This document shows, piece by piece, positions 58,469-64,000 of a DNA stretch of 64,000 nt. The first letter of the stretch is position 1. Each line of letters begins with the position of its first letter. This DNA is from Pseudomonadota bacterium (lineage in GTDB: Bacteria > Pseudomonadota > Alphaproteobacteria > Rhizobiales > Rhizobiaceae). Where the stretch lies: the NCBI GenBank assembly GCA_039816825.1, contig JBCBXA010000005.1, positions 537-64,536 on the forward strand, read 5' to 3'. The notes beneath the pieces were generated by a model. That model was given only the letters and a program-made list of their open reading frames with translations, did no database searches and was not told the DNA's origin. A program made the translations under genes and the position numbers.

Positions 58469-58783
58469 ATGTCGATCATTGTTCTTCGTACCTTGTCTGC
58501 CCTTGGCGGCATCGCTCTTGCCGCAGCCATTCTATGGGCTTTCGGTCTGCAGCCCTTTTGGGAAGGTGTCGACGTGGTGACGTCGAGCCCCTGGGGTCAG
58601 GTCACGTTGATCGATCTGTATCTCGGCTTCTTTTTGCACGCCCTCATCATCTGGACGTTCGAGCGTTCCATGGCTTGGCGGCTGATTTGGGTGCTGCCAA
58701 TCTTTGTGCTCGGAAATGTGTGGACCGTTGTCTGGTTCGTTGCGCGTGCGCCTCAGATCATCGCACGCCTGCGGAACTGGTAG
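58469..58783 (+). CDS. DUF1475-like small membrane protein
   Basis: 104 aa, 3-4 TM, 'WGQVTLIDLYLGFFL' motif. Starts 6 nt after the HDAC-family stop. Confidence 0.5.
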   Translation: MSIIVLRTLSALGGIALAAAILWAFGLQPFWEGVDVVTSSPWGQVTLIDLYLGFFLHALIIWTFERSMAWRLIWVLPIFVLGNVWTVVWFVARAPQIIARLRNW

Positions 58784-60288
58784 TTCGCGACGAGCCTGAG
58801 CAGTAGAACCATCAGGAAGGCCACCGCGACGCCCACAGGGGTTGCCGCCGCAAGCCGTTCCGGTGAAGGCCATGTGAGCGGGTCACCGGATGCCACAATC
58901 AGAGCCGCTGACGATCCAAGGCCCGTCAGCCATGACAGACCGATGTGCCATGTCTTGACGTGGTTCAGGAGCGCAAGCGCCGAGATCAGGGGCAGGCCCA
59001 TCACCGCCAGCGCGCCTGCGCCGATCATGGCCAGGCGGCCAAATGTGGGCACATCGGGTGCAGTTGGGCTGAAGATCAGAGCGACTCCAAGTGACAAGAG
59101 AAGCAAGCGCGCGCGAAACAGCTGACGCCCATCGGCTTGCCGCCTTTGGGTGAAAATCGGTGCCACGCCCCGCAGCAGGATCGAGGAACAGGCAAACATG
59201 GTGGCGGAAATCGCCGCACACATCACGGCTGCAACAGCCGATGTAGCGGCCGACCGGAAGACGATGGGCAGATCCAAATTCTCAGCCACCGAATAGATGG
59301 CAAACTGCTGATCCGACGCGCCGGTGGAGCCAATCGCAGCAAGGCCTGCACTGATGGCGATGCCGCTGGCCATGGCCACATAGAAGAAGACAGGCGTTCG
59401 GACCACAGCCTGCCGCGACCCAAATCCGGCATTGCCAAGGACTGTGCCCAGCATGGTCGCAGTGATCAGGCATATGCCTATGAGCGCAAGCACGCGAGTC
59501 TGATCGACCGCATCCGCCGGTGTACTGCCCGCTCGCAGCAATTCGTTTCGCGACAGGTCCCGCAGGGCGTCCAGTTCAAGGCCCGCGCCGATGGTGGCAA
59601 CCCCAGCACCGGCGATGATGGATATTGGCAGGGCCAGGGCAGCCAGCCGCACAACGCCCGCTCGGCCACCCAGAATGGCGACGAGAACGGCCAATCCAAT
59701 CGCGCCGCGCGTGATGAAATTGTCCTGCACGAGCTCCTGCTGGGTTTCGAACGCCAAAAAGAAACCGCTGAGCGCCGCAAGAGCCGCCAGACATGTCAGA
59801 AGCGACAGAAGATAGATTGCTGCTCGCAGCCAGGGCGAACTGTGGTCCGGCACAGCCAGCCGTGCGATGTCAGGCGCCTCGGCGCGATGCAGTGCCGGCG
59901 CGATGAGCGACACGAAGACAAGGCCGCCCACGGATACGGCCAAGGCCATCGACAGTCCCAGAGTGGAGTCGCCCTGCCAGAGGGTGGGCAGGGCTATCGG
60001 CACAAACCCAAGCCCTGTCAGGCAGCCTATGGCAACGCCCCGCGTGCTGGCCTGCCCCCCGCGTGAAGGGCGGAAGAATTGCTGGCCATCAAGCGTTCGC
60101 GTTCCCAAGGCGATGCCCCCGATTGTCGCCCCAACGATGATCAGGAAGATCTGCGTGAAAAGCGCCTCGGGCAGACCCGCACGCTCGGCGAGCATGAGAC
60201 AGATGACAAGAACAAAACCCATAGCAGGCAATATGCGCAGCGACCGGATTTGTGTTCCGCGTCCAGCAGATTGGCCGGGCTGCATCAT
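58753..60288 (-). CDS. Polytopic membrane protein, possibly a very divergent solute symporter
   Basis: 511 aa, Ala/Gly/Leu-rich, at least 12 hydrophobic segments. Only a faint SSF-like entry motif ('QQFFRPSRGG..T.GVAIG'). Translationally coupled (ATGA) to the small upstream ORF. Confidence 0.5.
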   Translation of the reverse strand: MMQPGQSAGRGTQIRSLRILPAMGFVLVICLMLAERAGLPEALFTQIFLIIVGATIGGIALGTRTLDGQQFFRPSRGGQASTRGVAIGCLTGLGFVPIALPTLWQGDSTLGLSMALAVSVGGLVFVSLIAPALHRAEAPDIARLAVPDHSSPWLRAAIYLLSLLTCLAALAALSGFFLAFETQQELVQDNFITRGAIGLAVLVAILGGRAGVVRLAALALPISIIAGAGVATIGAGLELDALRDLSRNELLRAGSTPADAVDQTRVLALIGICLITATMLGTVLGNAGFGSRQAVVRTPVFFYVAMASGIAISAGLAAIGSTGASDQQFAIYSVAENLDLPIVFRSAATSAVAAVMCAAISATMFACSSILLRGVAPIFTQRRQADGRQLFRARLLLLSLGVALIFSPTAPDVPTFGRLAMIGAGALAVMGLPLISALALLNHVKTWHIGLSWLTGLGSSAALIVASGDPLTWPSPERLAAATPVGVAVAFLMVLLLRLVANYQFRRRAMI

Positions 60289-60599
60289 GTGTGCTTTCGC
60301 GGAGCAGCGGTGTCGCCGTGCATAAGTCGTTCAGCTTCGAGTTCGTCAACGGCCCCCAAGCGGCTGCGGCCAAGGGCCGTTGCCACGGCCAGTACCACAA
60401 GGGCGGCCACGATGGTGGAGCCGGAGAAAGTGGGTGCTATCGCAAGACAAACCAGGCTGCCAAACCCCGCAACGAGCGGTAGCGCCGTCACTGTGACCAA
60501 GGTCCATATCTGACTGGCTGCCGCCTTCCGGGCAACGCGATTGCCGGTCTTGCCCAGAGCTTTTGGTCTGGTTTCCCCCTCGGTTGCGAACCTAATCAT
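60285..60599 (-). CDS. Small two-TM membrane protein (putative small subunit of the downstream permease)
   Basis: About 104 aa from the ATG at 60599 (AGAAGG SD). Two hydrophobic helices. Stop overlaps the start of the 511-aa protein. Confidence 0.45.
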   Translation of the reverse strand: MIRFATEGETRPKALGKTGNRVARKAAASQIWTLVTVTALPLVAGFGSLVCLAIAPTFSGSTIVAALVVLAVATALGRSRLGAVDELEAERLMHGDTAAPRKHT

Positions 60600-60746
60600 A
60601 CGCACCTTCTCTCCAACTCATATGGCCCGTGGAGGCTTTGGACGGTAAAACCACTTGTCTTTTGGCATTCGAAGCTGCGCCAAACAAGTCGCACCTCCAC
60701 GTTGCGCGAACGCAGTTCGGATGTCGCTGAGGTGGGGAGAAGGGCG

Positions 60747-61424
60747 TTGCAACAACCCGTTGGGATTTCAGACCGCTGCATCGTGATTGCAGAGGATCAC
60801 CCTTTGTTTCGAGGGGCGTTGCGGCTGGCGATTGAGGGCATGTCCGGAGAGACAAAAATCATCGAGGCCGCTGACTTTGGCGCGTTGAAATCGGCCTTGG
60901 CCGAACCGTCTGATCTGGACCTTGTGTTGCTGGATCTCGACATTCCCGGCGTCAGCGGCTTTTCAGGTTTGCTGCATCTGCGAGCGCAGCATCCGCATCT
61001 GCCGGTGGCCATCGTCTCGGCATCCGATGATGCGGTGACAGTCCGGCGTGCGATTGGCTTCGGGGCTTCGGGTTTCATTTCAAAGTCCGCTCCGCTTGAT
61101 GATATCAGGGCGGCAATCGACGCCTTGATGGCGGGGGAAGTGTGGGCGCCGGCAGATCTTGAAGCCGAAGAAGACGACGCTGAGACGCAAAAGGCGATGG
61201 CGGAGCTTTCAAGCCTGACGCCTCAGCAAAGCCGTGTCCTTGCCATGATTGCCGAGGGTCTGTTGAACAAGCAGATCGCTTACGAATTGTCCGTCTCTGA
61301 AGCGACGGTGAAGGCGCACGTCTCGGCGGTCTTGCAGAAGCTTGGCGTCGACAGTCGCACTCAGGCGGTGATCAAACTTTCGCGTTTGGGCCTCAACACG
61401 GCTCCCGGCGCGGAAAGCGCTTAG
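60747..61424 (+). CDS. LuxR/FixJ-family response regulator (CrbR/RpuR-like)
   Basis: Receiver 'CIVIAEDHPLF...LVLLDLDIPG...SASDD', C-terminal LuxR HTH 'LTPQQSRVLAMIAEGLLNKQIAYELSVSEATVKAHVSAVLQKLG'. The start is uncertain (TTG at 60747 after GGAGAAGG; the tracked ORF begins at 60702). Confidence 0.8.
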   Translation: MQQPVGISDRCIVIAEDHPLFRGALRLAIEGMSGETKIIEAADFGALKSALAEPSDLDLVLLDLDIPGVSGFSGLLHLRAQHPHLPVAIVSASDDAVTVRRAIGFGASGFISKSAPLDDIRAAIDALMAGEVWAPADLEAEEDDAETQKAMAELSSLTPQQSRVLAMIAEGLLNKQIAYELSVSEATVKAHVSAVLQKLGVDSRTQAVIKLSRLGLNTAPGAESA

Positions 61425-61427
61425 CGC

Positions 61428-64000
61428 CTATTCCGCTGCCTGTGTGACGGGCTTGGTGCGGGTGAGAAGCGCGCGAAGTGCTGCGGGCTTCACCGGTTTG
61501 TTGAGAACGGACAGCCCGAGCGCCACAGCTCGCGCTTTGGTGTCGGGTGACCGGTCAGCCGTCACCAGAGCAGCCGGAATAGTGTGACCGGCGTCTTCCC
61601 GCAGGCTGTGTACAACCGACAGGCCATCGGTTTCGTCGAGATGGAAGTCGGCAAAGATAATGTCGGGCTGTGCGCCTGCACGGTGAATTTCAAACCGAGC
61701 TTCTGAGAGGTTGCGAGCCGTGATCACGTGGCATCCCCAATTGCTCATCAAATTGCTCATGCCATCCAGAATGCTCTGCTCGTTGTCGATGCACAGAACC
61801 AATGAGCCAAGGCGGGCAGATGGTCGTTGCGGAGGGTGATCATCGGAAACGGCTTGCCCGGCAGATGTGCCGCTCACCTTGGCAGGCGCCAGCGCGGGCA
61901 GGCGCACGCGGAAGGTGGAGCCGCGATCAAGCTCGCTCTCCAGTTCCACGTCGGCGCCAAGAACGTCGGCGACACGCTGCACGATCGAGAGGCCCAGGCC
62001 CAAACCCTCTGTTGTCGTTCGGCTCTCCGGTAGGCGGCGGAACTCGTCAAAAATTCTCTCGCGGTCGTCGGCGGCAATTCCCATGCCGGTATCGCACACG
62101 GTGATGTCGGCTGTGACCGCACCCATGTCGTCTGTACCGCGCCGCACGCCGAGTACCACACCCCCATGCTGGGTGTAGTTGAGCGCGTTGGACACCAAAT
62201 TCTGTACCAGGCGCTTGAGGAGGCCGCGGTCGGCCCTCACCCGTGCCGATGTCGGAACAACGCTAAAGCGCAACCCGCGGTCAGCCGCCACGGGTTCGAA
62301 CTGTGTCTTCAGCTCGTCAAAGATGCTCTGCAGAGCAACCGTACGGAGCTCCGGTTTCCAATGGCCTGCGTCCAGCCGCGAGATCGCCAGCACCGCTCCC
62401 AGAATGTCCTCGACGGCGTCCAGCGAGGTCGACAGGTTCTCTGCTGTATTCGTCAATTCTTTGTCGTCGGTCTTTTCGTTGAGGAACGCCGTGTAGAGCC
62501 GCGCTGCATTGAGGGGCTGAAGAATGTCGTGCCCGGCAGCAGCCAGAAAGCGCGTCTTGGAAGCGTTGGCGTCATCAGCCCGTTCCCGCGCTCTGTTGAG
62601 CTCCAGATTGAGCCGCGTCAGCTCAGCGGTTCGTTCTTCCACGCGACGTTCAAGATCTGCCTTGGCGGTTCTCAACTCCTCAGCGGCCGCCTCGGACTGG
62701 CTTATGTCACTCCAGGTTGTGACAACGCCGCCATCGGGCATTTCATTGGAGACAATCTCAAAGATCCGGCCCGAGCGACGCAGTTTCAACTGCCATGGCT
62801 GCCGGGCCTTGAGCAGCCGGTCCCTGAACGTGGGAAACGTGATGCCGACCAGATCGCCCCGGTCGTGCAATTCGTCATAGAAGGCCGACAGTTCCATACC
62901 CACTTCGCCAAGCTTGGGTGGCAGATCGAGAAGCTGTCGATAATTGTTGTTCCAACACACCAGACGGCGAGAGCGGTCGAAGACTGTGAGGCCCTGCTCC
63001 ACCTTGTCCAAGGCCGTTTGCAGAAGATCACGATTGTACTGGATCGCAACGGACGCATCGTTGAGCAATTGCACGGTTTCTTCGCCGACCTGTTCGTGGC
63101 GCTGAAGCATCAGCGACAGGACGAGGCGTGAGGATGATGCGCCAATCGCAGAAGCGAGCAATTGCTCGGCGAACTCCAGCAATTCCGGTGAAGCGGGGTC
63201 CTTGTCGTGCAAGGGGGCCGCATGACCATGCAGGAAAGTGCCCAGCGACCTGTTGGTCCGTTCATATCCGAGGAACCGCGCCACCGTGTTGCGCACGTCG
63301 CTCACGGAGACCGGCGCTCCGGCATGAAGGACCTTGAGCGAAGACGTGCTGCGGGGGATGAAGACGGACGATTGCACCCGTTCGAGATAGTTTTGAGGCC
63401 GCGTCTGGGAGGCCACTACAAAGGCGGCAATGTTGGCGATGACCGATACAATGATCCCATGCATCAACGGGTCCATGTTCAACCCAAACAGGCCCTGGGG
63501 TCGCAGGAAGCCCAGTCCGAAAGGACCCTGCGCAAGCAGGCTGCTCTCAGACGGCAGAAGTGTGGGCAGAAGCAGCGTATAGGCCCAAACGCCAAACCCG
63601 ACGGCCATGCCGGAAATGGCGCCGCGAGACGTTGCCCGGCGCCAGACAAGGCCTCCGAAAAACGCCGGCGCAATCTGCACAAGGGCTGCAAAACTCATCA
63701 GGCCAATAGCGGCCAGCGCCGCGTTGCCGGCGCTGCGATAGTAGATAAAGGCCAGCAGCATGACGACGAAGATGGAGGCGCGCCTGATGGTCAGAATACG
63801 CGCCACCATGTTTCGATCAAAGTTCGGCTGAGCATCCATCGTGTCGTTCGACAGACCGGAGTTGCGGCGACTTCGGCTGCGGTGGCGCAGCAGGAACGGT
63901 AGAACCAGGTCGTTCGAGATCATGATTGAGAGCGCAACCGTTGCTACAATCACCATGGCTGTTGCGGCTGACAGGCCGCCTATGAAGGCCAGAAGCGCCA
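61428..64000 (-). CDS. Hybrid sensor histidine kinase with N-terminal solute-symporter-like membrane domain (CrbS/RpuS-like); 5' end outside the window
   Basis: The frame stays open to base 64000. TM-rich N-terminal part, PAS ('GLTVFDRSRRLVCWNNNY'), H-box 'FLAAAGHDILQPL', HATPase 'GLGLGLSIV', C-terminal receiver 'LCIDNE...ADFHLDETDG'. Confidence 0.85.
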   Translation of the reverse strand, partial: ALLAFIGGLSAATAMVIVATVALSIMISNDLVLPFLLRHRSRSRRNSGLSNDTMDAQPNFDRNMVARILTIRRASIFVVMLLAFIYYRSAGNAALAAIGLMSFAALVQIAPAFFGGLVWRRATSRGAISGMAVGFGVWAYTLLLPTLLPSESSLLAQGPFGLGFLRPQGLFGLNMDPLMHGIIVSVIANIAAFVVASQTRPQNYLERVQSSVFIPRSTSSLKVLHAGAPVSVSDVRNTVARFLGYERTNRSLGTFLHGHAAPLHDKDPASPELLEFAEQLLASAIGASSSRLVLSLMLQRHEQVGEETVQLLNDASVAIQYNRDLLQTALDKVEQGLTVFDRSRRLVCWNNNYRQLLDLPPKLGEVGMELSAFYDELHDRGDLVGITFPTFRDRLLKARQPWQLKLRRSGRIFEIVSNEMPDGGVVTTWSDISQSEAAAEELRTAKADLERRVEERTAELTRLNLELNRARERADDANASKTRFLAAAGHDILQPLNAARLYTAFLNEKTDDKELTNTAENLSTSLDAVEDILGAVLAISRLDAGHWKPELRTVALQSIFDELKTQFEPVAADRGLRFSVVPTSARVRADRGLLKRLVQNLVSNALNYTQHGGVVLGVRRGTDDMGAVTADITVCDTGMGIAADDRERIFDEFRRLPESRTTTEGLGLGLSIVQRVADVLGADVELESELDRGSTFRVRLPALAPAKVSGTSAGQAVSDDHPPQRPSARLGSLVLCIDNEQSILDGMSNLMSNWGCHVITARNLSEARFEIHRAGAQPDIIFADFHLDETDGLSVVHSLREDAGHTIPAALVTADRSPDTKARAVALGLSVLNKPVKPAALRALLTRTKPVTQAAE

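Overview
This window looks like a compact, GC-rich (roughly 60%) core chromosomal segment of an alphaproteobacterium. That assignment is an inference from gene content: GcrA, a PodJ-like polarity factor, a CtrA-type box, class I LysRS, a TIGR02186-like protein, and the order phoR-pstSCAB-phoU-phoB. I recognised no rRNA, tRNA, CRISPR array, transposase, integrase or prophage. Nearly all of the sequence is coding, with many 1-8 nt overlaps between neighbouring genes.

Gene content, left to right:
- The complete Pho/Pst phosphate module.
- gcrA, divergent from argD-argF.
- hslO.
- A two-gene RND efflux pair.
- trkH and apaG.
- A TauE / TIGR02186-like / DUF3429-like membrane operon.
- dcd.
- metZ, preceded by a likely SAM-II riboswitch.
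- Redox genes with an HxlR regulator.
- One half (Lhr-like helicase + PdeM) of the ligase-associated DNA damage response (LADDR) set, next to an S24 (LexA/CI-like) repressor.
- lysK.
- A family 2 glycosyltransferase separated from its upstream ORF by a single in-frame TAG.
- A 1195-aa PodJ-like protein.
- A MerR-linked beta-oxidation cluster flanked by REP/MITE-like palindromic repeats.
- The other LADDR half (exonuclease + ATP-dependent ligase), with a bacterial voltage-gated Na+ channel and a GFA-family gene embedded between them.
- pyrD, a MATE exporter and an HDAC-family gene.
- A CrbS/RpuS-like hybrid kinase with a LuxR-type regulator, next to an unrecognised pair of membrane proteins.

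I did not find a convincing defence island or an obviously novel multi-gene system. The most interesting candidates are:
- the split and decorated LADDR set with its adjacent cleavable-repressor gene and palindrome;
- the CrbS/R-like module with a non-canonical membrane target pair;
- the in-frame-stop glycosyltransferase;
- the cell-cycle cis-elements (a GANTC cluster at gcrA and a CtrA box at podJ).

All family assignments come from motif recognition by eye, not from database searches.
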